DNA of 32,339 bases from Octopus bimaculoides (Eukaryota), in assembly GCF_001194135.2 (NCBI RefSeq), contig NC_068989.1:51533046-51565384 (forward strand). The letters run 5' to 3'. Position 1 is the first letter of the stretch. Every line of letters begins with the position of its first letter. The position numbers and the translations under genes are program-made. Under the pieces are notes generated by a model. The model was not told the DNA's origin and did not search any database. It saw only the letters and a program-made list of their open reading frames with translations. Below are positions 11,754 to 23,111 of the stretch, piece after piece.

Positions 11754-11807
<54 letters not shown>
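11733..11807. repeat. (ATCT)n(AT)n microsatellite
   Basis: Directly visible. Confidence 0.95.
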
Positions 11808-11812
<5 letters not shown>

Positions 11813-11821
11813 ATCACATTT

Positions 11822-12014
11822 TGGGAAAAGGCCAACAATTTCAGGGGTGGGGGTTAAACAATTACAACGACACCAATGTTCAACTGGAACTCATCTTATC
11901 GACCCCAAAAGAAGTCGATCTAGGCGAAACTTAAACTCAGAACATAAAAATAGGCGAAATGCCATTAAGTATTTTGCTCTGAGAGCTAACGATTCCACCA
12001 GCTTGCTGCCTTAT
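11822..12014 (-). mobile_element. SINE family B copy, inverted relative to 11505-11714
   Basis: Reverse complement reads aaggcagcaagctggtggaatcgttagc...ttctgagtttaagtttcgcctagatcgac...ggggtcgataagatgagttccagttg...ggtgtcgttgtaattg...cccctgaaattg. Confidence 0.85.
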
Positions 12015-14809
12015 TCTACATCTGTAGATCGTAATATTACAACGTATGGAATTCCGTAATTTATTTGGCAATTTTGAATTACAGAAGTACCGTCTCGAAT
12101 TACTTTTACAGCTAATGTTTAGCCTAATGTGTAAATCAACTGATTCGCTTGATACCAGTTCAGTACCTGAATAAAATCTGCATAGTCATGTAATTAGAAT
12201 AAATTCTACTTCCTTGAAGCGTCTTCAGAGAAGGACGAGTTTGAACAACAGCGTGAAATTTCCTGTTGTTTGCTTCTAATGATCTAATTTTAAGAATTAT
12301 TTACCACCGTGTAAATGTATATTATCTTTTATATGGTATAAGTAATTCATTTATTTAGAGACGTTTCTGTATGTTTATGTAAATTACATAATATAACTTA
12401 GATATGGGTGTCTGATTTTGTTCATATATAATTGCGTCAGCTTTATAGACTTTTATAACATTATTACTGTACACATATATATTCACACATGTGTGATGTG
12501 TTGGTTGTCAAGAAAATTAATTAGCTTTATTTTGTTGTCTCTTTTCTCCCTCTAAAATGTATTCTGAGAGATCCATGTAAATCTCACCTTAAACTGAAAA
12601 CTTCAATAATATCCATCAATATTATCTTTCACTGAATCAAATACAAACACACATGAACGTGTATTCTCCAAAGCAATCTTAGATTTGTCTGTAGTGAAGG
12701 GAATATGAAGATAATTAAAATGAGAATATATCTTAAATAATATAGCTGTGAGTGAAGACTAACATGTTCAGAGACTGAAAAGTCTTTGTATTCAATTAAA
12801 GATGACAAAAAACCGCGAAATGCCCAGTAGTGAGGAATAAATTTGATCATGCGATGAATACATGAAATAAACGAAGGAGCAATATGGCTAATAATAAACG
12901 AGACAGTTTCGTATATTAGGTAGGGTAATTAGTGTCACTATGGAGGTAGACAAATTCTTTTCGGTGTTCGTTTCTGTTCGTGTTGGAAACGAATTTGATT
13001 TTCAGTCTATGAAACTGGTCTACGATGACTGGACAACTGCACGTTGTTCCCAAACCAGCACGACGTTTATCTTTGAAACTGTATTCATGTAACTGTCGAA
13101 ACTGTAAATATATGTATTCATTCATCACAGTACACTTACATATTTATTCCTATTCTATTGCTATATGATACATCTGCTCCTTTACCAAAAGCACCTTCCT
13201 TAAAATCCTCCGAATCAACACAATGGTGCATTTTGGAGTAGTAGCCCTACAAAAAGAAATATTAAAAAAGGCCAGTGATTTCCCCCACTGTGAGCATCTA
13301 ACTACCATTACTCACACTTTGCAATATTCTTCCACTCTCCATTGGTTTCTGGCTGAGATGCAAAGTTTTCGAATTTTTCCGGCATGTGACTATCTTGTCG
13401 AAACTTCCTGTTTACTAGCTCTATCTATTAACTCGTGTATGTGTGTGCATGTGATCGCGCGCGTGTGTACATGCATGCATATGTGTGCAAGTATATCTAG
13501 AGCTAAGATAAAGTGGATTCAAAACTATATATCTCTTTGGAAGATATTCTTTCTTATATTGCGTTTAAGAGGAATTGCATTGCGTTTACCTACTGTGTTA
13601 TAAAACCCACCGTTTTCTTTCTTAACGTAACCCCATGCTATATTTGATGAAACATACTTTTATTATGTGTATGGGTGAAAATTACATCTATCATTCAATC
13701 ATAGTGAAAATGGAATTAGAATTTTCCAATATCTATCCATTCTTTAAATATAATGTAGTGTAATTTGAAGAAGATTTATCCACCATTATTAACATATGAA
13801 GTACCTACCGGCTCGTCTGGGCATTTGTTATGCTATAACTGTTTTAGCGTAGAAGTCATTGTATTATTACCTAGCATGAATACTTTAGATTAATACCTAG
13901 CATGAATATATCTTTCATTTTATGTTTTGCATTTTAACGAAGGTTATTCAGTTCGCCTTCAAATATTCCGTCTTTGGCAATTTAACGCTATTCATGAATT
14001 CAACATTATTTGAATTGTAATTAAGAAACATTTGTCTATTCAATTCCATGTTGTTACCACAAGAGTTTCATTTCAGTACTAAATAATGAGTTTGTAGTCT
14101 AATTATTTACGTCTATTCCAGTTGCATTTTATAACTTTGCAGGCATCATTATTTAGTATTGGCTGAACACTATTAGCAGTTAAGTTTTTGTCAACCTCCG
14201 AGCCGTTGTTTACTACCTTTTACCTTCTTTTAATTTTACGCTTCAGTCCATAAATTCATATTTGCATCAAAGCTGTTTAAAACAGCATGAAATTATCTAC
14301 ACAGGTGATAGAACTATTTGTAATACTTAACACATTGATATTAAAGCCTTACTAACAACTCCTTTAAAATACTCATTAGGCAATGTAGTCTGGCCTATAT
14401 TTTGTCAGACAACAGTGTGGAATGGTGATTATTTGAGTGGTATGTTAGCTCAGCAACGACGTCAGGTTAAAGAGCGTAATCAAAAAACAACATAAACCTT
14501 CTACTATAATAATTTTATCACAATACCATCACTATTTTTTGTCTAATTCACAGAAAATATTGAATGTGAAGATAACAGTGTTTTTCTCTCTTTCTCGTAG
14601 AACTTGGAAGAAAAAGCACTATACATACAAAAAAAGCAATTCACATAAAACTTTTGCCTTCTGGCCACTGATAATGAAATCAATCATAGACATTCAAACA
14701 TTATTCTTGCTACATTTTTTCTCAATATCTTATTATTAATCTTCTTTATTTGTGGTTTTATGGTAAATGCGTTATATATTTAGGATTTCAATCTTTATAA
14801 CAAGATTCT

Positions 14810-15030
14810 TGAAGGTGGATAGATGCCACAATACTTAGCATCCACGACGAAATGTTTAGAAGCATTTCTTCCGGTATTTTATGATTTGAGTTCAAATTCA
14901 GCTCAGATACCATTTGCCTTTCATCGTTTCAGGATCGATGAAACAAATTCGAGTCGAGCACTGGAGTTGATGTAATCAAGTAGTCCTCTCCTCTGAAATT
15001 TCAGATCATTTGCCTATATAGGGAAGAATT
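14810..15030 (+). mobile_element. SINE family B copy
   Basis: tttgagttcaaattcagc...tttgcctttcatcgtttcaggatcgatgaaac...gagcactggagttgatgtaatcaagtagtcc...ctgaaatttcag. Confidence 0.8.
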
Positions 15031-15044
15031 ATTACTAGTTACTT

Positions 15045-15150
15045 TCGGGTGGCCAACTAGGAAATTTGTTCAGAGACTCGGAAAAAATGCAATGCGTACA
15101 TATTCCGGCTCTCTGCCATACATGGCGAGGTTAACTTTGCCTTTTATTCT
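15045..15150 (+). mobile_element. Internally deleted partial SINE family B head
   Basis: ggtggcc...gaaatttgtt...ggcgaggttaactttgcctttt resembles the family B 5' half. Confidence 0.45.
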
Positions 15151-15361
15151 GTAACATGTTTCCAGTGTCGTACAAGAGTTGATGTTGCTAATTATTATTG
15201 TCCTACCAAAATTGCTTGACTTTTGCCTAAGTAGAAAGACATTATTGCTAATTTCACTTTTCTTTCATTGTTATTACGTTCCTTTTATATGTTTTCTTCT
15301 CTTCTTTGTATTTGTTAAATGTTACTATTGTTTACTCACCTCTTGCATTTATATATTACAG

Positions 15362-15404
15362 TTAACAGTAAGCAAGCGAAAGTGGTGACCAGACGATTTT
15401 TCCA
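15362..15404 (+). CDS. Candidate 43-nt exon (phase 1-2): xNSKQAKVVTRRFF(Q/H)
   Basis: Acceptor cttgcatttatatattacag with ctcac upstream, strong donor CA|gtgagt. Only one frame is open, and it is the one predicted by the 9531+10187 chain. Confidence 0.5.
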
Positions 15405-16426
15405 GTGAGTATGCTTGGGACGGAATTTTCCGCATATGATTCTAATACAATAATAGTTCATTAGTTTATGGAGAGTGAATACATAGTTTAGCGTGCTAAT
15501 GACCACTAAAGAATTATGTTGCTGACTCATGTTTTGGCAACGTTTAATTTGTTTCGTTTGGAGTATTTACTTAGGTCTTATCACATTCCGAAGCACAAGT
15601 TCAGACATCAATTTATGCTTCTTTAGGGCGATACAATGAATAGAAAGCAATTACAGGTACAAGTATAAACTGGCGAGAAAGTATATTCACCCACAACTTT
15701 CAGAACGGCATATCGTCCTTTGCCTCATATTCTCTTCCACAAATTTCTACAATATCAAAAGAAGTCACTGTGTGTTGATCATTAAAGTGGAAAATTTATG
15801 AATGTAAGAAGTATTGTAAATGTTTCTCAATCATTAAGAAAAACATGTTTCAATTCAATCCACATCCATCTTCATGCAGTACATTTCTTTGGCTGATATG
15901 TGATTATACCCTGTCATGTAATAACAGCCCATGCATAGTTTTTATTTCCTCACTTGAATTTCCAATCCCATAATTCGTATCGATATATATTGCAATAATA
16001 TTGTTGCTAGTATCTTTGTACTCACTAAAGGGAAAACGACGAAATAGTTTCTAAAACCATGACTATAATTCTCCCGTTACTATACATGCTGGTTTCTGTC
16101 AGACATTCTACTACAAAATGCGTCTATCCGTTAAAGCATTCCTCACTTCAAGGAGGCAATGCATAAAAAAGGAATTTTATAACGACAAAAGACCCAGTGA
16201 ATTTAATATGATCAATTATGTAATTGATTTCATTGAATGAGAGAAAATATAAAATATATGAAATGTACACCAAAAGTTTGATAAGCAATAATAGACGAAT
16301 GCAAAGTTTGATAGTAATTTTTATATACATGTTTTTATATACATGTTTCAGGCATATTTGGGCCCGCAACAAAGTTATTGAGTGCACTTTTTCACCGAGA
16401 AAATTTCTCGCTGTAGTCGATAGGTG

Positions 16427-16890
16427 AAAATACATACACCTATTCGACTACAGTACTCTGTCGACTCGATAATTGCACCATGTGTTTCCAGCTTCAATTT
16501 TCCATTTCTGACAGAGTTTGAAGTGTATAAATTTTACAACATGGTCGTGCCTCCATTTCTTATATTGTACCTGTGCCAACTTGGGATATTTTGTCACAAT
16601 GTGTGTTTTATATCGTTCCAAGTTAAACAGACTCTACAGTTTTCTGACACATTCTCTCCATATATATTTTTCTCAAGTTCTTTGTTTTTATCGCTTGAGT
16701 TTGGACTATTAAAATTAGGGTCTGTGTGTGTGTATTTAATTACCCCTTTTTCTAAGGAAGCCCAGGATTTTGTTCCACATACGTCTTATCTGGCACTCCA
16801 AATTTGGGCATGCAGAGGTTTCTCTTCGATCTGACTGAGTGCTCTCTTTGTATATCACTCTTGTCTTTTTCTTGATATAATCCGTCATCA
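16427..16890 (-). mobile_element. R4/Dong-type (RLE-class) non-LTR retrotransposon remnant: CCHC knuckle region between RT and endonuclease
   Basis: Minus strand: EEKPLHAQIW..*DVCGTKSWASLEKGVIK...SENCRVC... frameshift ...HIVTKYPKLAQVQYKKWRHDHVVKFIHFKLCQKW...RVL*SNRC. This matches the R4/Dong pattern KPLHGQ..SW.WL..G.LK..CR.C..H...C..LA...Y..RHD.V...IH..LC. Confidence 0.85.
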
Positions 16891-17139
16891 GTCAGGTTCC
16901 CAGTTCACAGCTGAGGCTGGAGCTAGTGATCCGTATATATCCCTTATAATCTGAGAATTTCCCTGTCCAGAACTTTCATACATACTCACCATGTCTCTGA
17001 TGACGAAATACTGAGGGTACGAAAATGCTCTAGCCTATCGCTTGGGATATCCCAGAAAAAGGTGTACCTTACTCTAATTAAATTATTATAAATGACTTGA
17101 AATGCTCGTACTGCCTTGGTTATTTTTGTTGTCTTTCTC

Positions 17140-17333
17140 CTCTAATATATGTATATATATATATATATATNNNNNNNNNNNNNNNNNNNNNNNNNNNNNN
17201 NNNNNNNNNNNNNNNNNNNNNNNNNNNNNNNNNNNNNNNNNNNNNNNNNNNNNNNNNNNNNNNNNNNNNNNNNNNNNNNNNNNNNNNNNNNNNNNNNNNN
17301 NNNNNNNNNNNNNNNNNNNNNNNNNNNNNNNNN

Positions 17334-17392
<59 letters not shown>

Positions 17393-17400
17393 GTGTATAC
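17140..17400. repeat. (TA)n and (TG)n microsatellites flanking gap 17171-17333
   Basis: Directly visible. Confidence 0.95.
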
Positions 17401-17662
17401 TCTTGTGATTACAAAGGCATAGTTTGTATATGTATATACATATATCTTACAGTTATGTTGAAACAAGTGATACGGGAAAGTGCAGCATTGATAAAAATTT
17501 AGACAGAATTACAATTTTTATAAGGATGGGATGGATCATATCTGAAAGCAGGTCCAGGTATTGTGAAGTACGAATTTATACGTGGTCTGTTTCTGAGACC
17601 TATTCTATTGGAGCTTCATGTCATCTATCGTGCTAAACGTTGTAATAATGATATAATATTAA

Positions 17663-17937
17663 GTGCTGCAGGATTCCTTTGCGGATCTTGGGAAAGTCTC
17701 ATATACCTTCGCTCTTGTGACCCCATCTGATGTACTGCAGCATGCTTTTGCTGATCTCGATAGCGTCTCATTTCCCTTCTGTTTTGATACTCCATTTGAT
17801 GTGCTGCAGCATGCCGTTGGTGATCTTTGGAAAATGTCATGTCTCTAACGTATTGAGACTCCATCGGATGTTCTGCAGTATTACTTCGCTAAACTTGACA
17901 AATCTCATGTCCCTTATTTCCAAAGACTCCCGCCTTA
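17663..17937 (+). repeat. Four diverged 69-bp tandem repeats with 23-codon periodicity
   Basis: Units start at 17663, 17732, 17801 and 17870, each gtN-ctg-cag; consensus peptide VLQxxFADLxKVSxxFxxxTPSD. Confidence 0.9.
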
Positions 17938-18255
17938 GGTTTGTAGCATTCCCTCTTGCTATGTAGGTGTTTTTAGAAAGATTACGTTTTTTCTTTGGTG
18001 GTCTATTTTTGAAAAATATTTAAACATAAGATTAAAAATTATGAACATACAAAAAATATATATCAGTCTCTATTTTTCTAAGCAGTCGTATGTATGTAGT
18101 ATGTCTATAGTTTTCAGTGCAGTGTAAATTAACCAAATATAAGCACAATTTAAATACCTTGCAACTTTGCAACTGCTGCGATAATTATGAACTGTTAATT
18201 CAATGGTAGATGTGTATTTTTATATAGCTTGGACCAGCCACGTAATTATTTTTAG

Positions 18256-18297
18256 TGAAGAGTTTCACCTCCATCCGTTCTCGTCATGTTGAACAAC
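18256..18297 (+). CDS. Candidate 42-nt exon (phase 1-1): xKSFTSIRSRHVEQ
   Basis: Acceptor gtaattatttttag, donor AC|gtacgt; one frame open across the whole interval. It is not directly in phase with the end of 15362-15404. Confidence 0.3.
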
Positions 18298-18319
18298 GTA
18301 CGTAACGGGCGCGCAAACA

Positions 18320-19050
18320 TATATAAACTCAGACACATACAGATTCACCATATACAAAATGCGACGATACATACACATACACTCTCACATATAGTTACAT
18401 ACATATGCTAAGAGAGAGACATATAACATACATTCACGAATGACAGTTGGCACCTGTGTATATGTATGTGTAGATATGTATGTTAATAAGGTACGTAATG
18501 CGGAAAGAGACACACACATTCAGACAGACATACACACTCATACACCTACACGCATACATTCAGAGACACATGCATATATATGTGATGTCGTGGTGGTGGT
18601 GGGATAAATGTCTTCTGTCTCGTACTTATCGAATGCATAAACACACAAACTTATACACACTCGTATGTCTAGTACTATAGTTGACTACAGAAAGATTATA
18701 TGTATGTAAATATATTGTTTTAATCAAAACGAAAGATAATGACAAGTTGACAGATACTACTTAGTAAGATAGAAACACACCGTCATACATTCACGCATGT
18801 CAGTCATCACATATATATATGCATGTGTAGACGTGTCTGTGTGTTGATTAACGCACGTAACGTCGAAATACACACACACACACACTTAGGCACATACACA
18901 CTCATTCACTGAAACAAAATATGTGATTGTCTTCGAACGCGGAAACACACATACACACGCACTGACAGACACATGCACACTGATACACTCACACCCATAC
19001 ACTCACACACATACAGTGGCAGACACGTACACACTCATATACAGAATGTG
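18320..19050. repeat. CA/TA-rich degenerate simple-repeat region containing an old tandem duplication
   Basis: Low complexity; non-repetitive anchors recur about 420 bp apart (see findings). Confidence 0.7.
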
Positions 19051-19769
19051 ACGTCGTCGGCGTTGCTGTCGTCATGGTATTAAATGTTCTGTATTATATT
19101 TGACTATAGATACATTATATCTGTAAAACGTAATATTGTTTTAATGGAAATGAAATAAAATATATGTTGACACTCTTGGGGTGTGATACTATCACGTTGT
19201 AAAATTTGATTTTATTTGGTGCAGCTGTCTGAAAGTGCATAGTGAACAAACAGACAAACAAAATCTTTTATCGATATAGATTAATCCATTATATTATATG
19301 TTTATTTAAGATTTAATATGTAACTCTAAATATCTTGCAACATTGCAACTGCTATGATAATTATTAACTGGTAATTGAATGGTAAATATGTAAAATAAGA
19401 TGATGTTAGTGTTACAATATCAGCATTAAAAGGGAAACAATATTATAGTTGCGGATAGGCAACTGCATAGTAAGTGACTTGATCTGAGATCGTGTGCTGA
19501 AACAAAAAAAAAATTGCATCGTGGAAGGTGTTTATATGCAAATTAAAACTCATACAAAGACCGTTAGATTCACTTCAACATATAAATTTTAATGTGTGTC
19601 ATAATATTTTCATCGCATTGAAACCTCGACCATCACAAAATATTAGAGTCCTATTATATGAGAATTAAACGTGAAAGGATAAAAGTAAAACAATATTATA
19701 TAACATTATAGATCTTATTTTTGCAATTCTGACACGTAATACCGAACTAGTCTAATGTGCTCCGGGCCC

Positions 19770-20355
19770 ACATTAGGCAAGAAATTGAGATGTTTGAGGA
19801 CTATGGTTGGTGTGACACGGATGGACAGGATGAGGAATGAAATGCGACGGAGAGCAGCAATGAGAGAAAGGATAAACGAATGTTGAGGCGGTTTGATCAC
19901 ATGGAGACGATGGATGAGTAGCAGATGGTAATGAGAGTGATGAAGGCAAAAGTGGCACACAGCAGGACCAGAGAAAGATCTCGTTTTGTGTAGATGGATG
20001 AAGTGTGGAAAGCTTTGGTAGCTAGAGGTGATGGAGCGAGAGAGGCCAGAGACCTTATTAATGATAGGAAATCATGGATAGCATTTGTGGATTGATATTG
20101 CTCAAAGGACTGCGGAATCAGCATGATGCAGCGAGGGTAAATCATCGTATGCTCTCGGGCCCCGTTGCTGACATCGGTGGTAGCTTTCTATGCCGTGACC
20201 CGAGCATAAGAGGGCAATCGAATCTTTGAACTGGGAAATAAACGAAAAGCCTGGTTCTTATCTTGTTGTGGCTGCCACTTCCCATGGGGAAAAGTCCTTG
20301 GAATATAAAAAAAAAACTCCTCGCGTTTTGGGGATTCACACATACATACATACAG
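19770..20355 (+). mobile_element. 5'-truncated RTE-clade LINE 3' end with probable 3' UTR and (TACA)n tail
   Basis: LRCLRTMVGVTRMDRMRNE...MLRRFDHMETMDE*QMVMRVMKAKV...RTRERSRFV*MDEVWKAL.ARG...ARDLINDRKSWIAFVD* matches the RTE C-terminus (RCLR..GVTR.DR.RNE, LRWFGH.ERM, R.RGRPR.RW.D.V, DR..W). UTR extent beyond about 20100 is inferred from the tail. Confidence 0.85.
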
Positions 20356-21059
20356 AAATTCATTCTGAGTTTTTATATACATGCATATANNNNNNNNNNN
20401 NNNNNNNNNNNNNNNNNNNNNNNNNNNNNNNNNNNNNNNNNNNNNNNNNNNNNNNNNNNNNNNNNNNNNNNNNNNNNNNNNNNNNNNNNNNNNNNNNNNN
20501 NNNNNNNNNNNNNNNNNNNNNNNNNNNNNNNNNNNNNNNNNNNNNNNNNNNNNNNNNNNNNNNNNNNNNNNNNNNNNNNNNNNNNNNNNNNNNNTATATA
20601 TATATATATATATGTGCATACATATGTATAGATGTTGACATATTTTTGTATATATGTATATACATATGCACATATACACATATAGACGTTAATATCTTAT
20701 CTTATACATATATAAAATCAAGTTGTCTGTTTGCCGGTCTGTGTCAAGTTGCGTTCTACACCCGTTAACATTTTTTCTTCAAATCATGCTACAGTAACAT
20801 CCAGTTTGTTACTACGTTCATTGAAGTTTAATAAAAATCTATAATTGAATTGCTATTGCTTCTAGAAGAGATACACATATATAACTAATATATTTTCCTT
20901 TAACCCTTTCATTTTTATATATATATAATAAATGAATGGGTGTATAATATATACTTCTCGATTTATTAATCAAGCTGTAACAAAACGCGTGGAATACATT
21001 TTCGTTTGCAAATCAGCTAGCACTAGAATCGAAATCAAATCTTCAATTTTCCCATTTAG

Positions 21060-21112
21060 TTAAAAAGAATAACACCTCACAGATGGACAGCCAGAACAAT
21101 AGCTACCCTTAG
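21060..21112 (+). CDS. Weak candidate terminal exon: xKKNNTSQMDSQNNSYP*
   Basis: Good acceptor cttcaattttcccatttag, phase-1 compatible with 18256-18297; no other support. Confidence 0.2.
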
Positions 21113-22522
21113 TGATTTGTTTTACCTCCTCTTGATATTTAACCTCACTTATGCAGAATTCACATGTAAAAACAGGCAAGACTTATCCTGACATTTCTGT
21201 TCTCATAAATAACAAAATATAGCTATTTGTATATCTGCTAAATTTCCTAATTATCGTCAAGCCATATCCAAAGCAAGCAATGTTATACTGAGAAGTTGCA
21301 AGTTGTTACATTGTATAAATATGTGTGCATTCTACGTTACGTGTTCTCCTTTACAAGAAAGTGGCACAGTGACAGATTGAAAGTGGTTCCGTTGTAAAAA
21401 TACGTGTGCGTTTTACATTACTTGGACTTTCTTACAAGAAGATATCAGACAAGATCAGTGATTTTATTTGGTATAAATCAAGTTGAGTATGTCTATTTCT
21501 TAGTATTTGAACTGTTAGAGCTATTTTCGCAATTTACCCAGTATAACCCTTAATCAATTAGATAGTATTTTCCTGAACAATAGATCCAAATATTTCTGTT
21601 AATGTCTTATTCACGAATATACTATGAATGTCGATGCTTTTCATGTCACTTCAGCCAATTGACATGCACTGCATGCAGAATTGTTCTGCGTTTAGACAAA
21701 TGCACTGCCAACACAAATGTCACACCATGTTTACATGTAGGAACACCTTAATTTATATTGATATATGTGTTCCAGTTTGGTAAGGATGTACTCTATGTAA
21801 CAACCACCCGCACAAGCAGACAGAAATCGACATTTATCTATCAATTACACTGCAGTCTGCACTGTTCTCATACAGATCACACAGCTTTTACATGTAGAAG
21901 CATTTTCGTAATTCATATTTATAGCTGTGTTGATGTCTTTGTAAGTCTTGGAAATATATCGACAATCTACATGATATTTTATTTTAAAATCTATATGCAA
22001 AATTATTTGTATGTCGACTATAGAACTAAATTTCAGTCTACTTCTACATTCATTGTAAATCTGTTTCAAAACTAATGCCCCTGATGTTAATATTCTCTGG
22101 GAAAGTAAAAGAGCCCTTTTCAGAGTTATTTATTTTGAATTGTTATTATCTCATGTCTCATTAGCCTCATATCATGTAACATGCTTCACAATTTTGGTAG
22201 ACATACATTATTGGTATATCCGCTTAAGTTCTATATACACTTGGAACGCATTAAAGCCCTTTTCGAGGCAACTTTATTTGAATTCTTACTATCGGGTAAC
22301 TTATTTGACGTTATTACATAATTGACGTCACAATTTGGGTATTCATAACTTATTGGGATTTCCTAAAAACAAAATCCTATGTTGGACAGTTCGGTATCCT
22401 CTAGAAAAAAGACGTTTTATATGACAACATACTTTGTATTGTTATTGGATTAGCGAAACAACCGTTAGAACGGAACCAAAGGATAAGCACCGCTTTCCGG
22501 GAATTACCGGGTACATAAGCAA

Positions 22523-22523
<1 letters not shown>

Positions 22524-22596
<73 letters not shown>

Positions 22597-22705
22597 GTGT
22601 GTGTGTGTGTGTGTGTGTTTGTGCGTGTGTATTATACATATATATGTGTGTGTGTGTATATATATATATATAATATAAATAAGATATACACACATAAATA
22701 CACGG

Positions 22706-22760
<55 letters not shown>

Positions 22761-22770
22761 TATATATATA
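22524..22770. repeat. Compound (TA)n(TG)n...(CA)n(TA)n microsatellite block
   Basis: Directly visible. Confidence 0.95.
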
Positions 22771-23111
22771 CAAGGTGCGGTGATTGAAGTGTCGTCTAAA
22801 TTACGCAAAAATGAAAATGATACTGGCATCTCATTTTAACAGACATATATACTAAAATTACATAAAAATATACTCAAATATTAAAGAGTAAATTTATTCA
22901 ATAAAATTGCCATTGGCTTCAACAACAGCCTCAAGAAGACTTCGGAATCACCTGCAAATCTTTTGGAAGGTCTCGTTGTATAAGTTGGTGAATGCTGCCA
23001 TAATTCCTGCCTTCAGTTCATCTTTGGTTTTACAATGAGTCTTGTTAGTCTCTCGCTCAACTATACCCACACATAATAATCAAGGGGGTTGTAGTCCGGG
23101 GAGTTAGGCGG
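22771..23111 (-). mobile_element. 3' fragment (TIR plus transposase C-terminus) of maT-like Tc1/mariner transposon
   Basis: Reverse complement encodes PPNSPDYNPLDYYVW...ERETNKTHCKTKDELKAGIMAAFTNL...FRSLLEAVVEANGNFIE*. TA|caaggtgcggt terminus sits in a TA run; homologous to 25050-25382. Confidence 0.9.

Noticed and set aside
13223-13603. 126-aa ORF
   Set aside because: No domain resemblance, partly TG-repeat derived, no splice support.
13868-13908. 15-bp direct repeat tacctagcatgaata x2
   Set aside because: Ordinary slippage duplication; only two units, not CRISPR-like.
15626-15655. 30-nt exon candidate (GDTMNRKQLQ) or terminal QAIQ*, with a fleeting resemblance to the SK-channel calmodulin-binding region
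   Set aside because: Phase-incompatible as an internal exon, and the rest of the peptide does not match the highly conserved SK sequence.
16991-17035. CTGATGA...GAAA hammerhead-like core
   Set aside because: Stems I and III cannot be formed and stem II is poor; at best a very decayed relic.
17663-17937. CRISPR-like or C2H2-array reading of the tandem repeat
   Set aside because: No repeat-spacer alternation, eukaryotic context, and the 69-bp period has no Cys/His pattern.
19175-19720. Probable additional dispersed repeats (Helitron-like end near 19250-19280; repeat at about 19450-19650)
   Set aside because: Resemblance rests only on memory; no second copy or coding evidence within the window.
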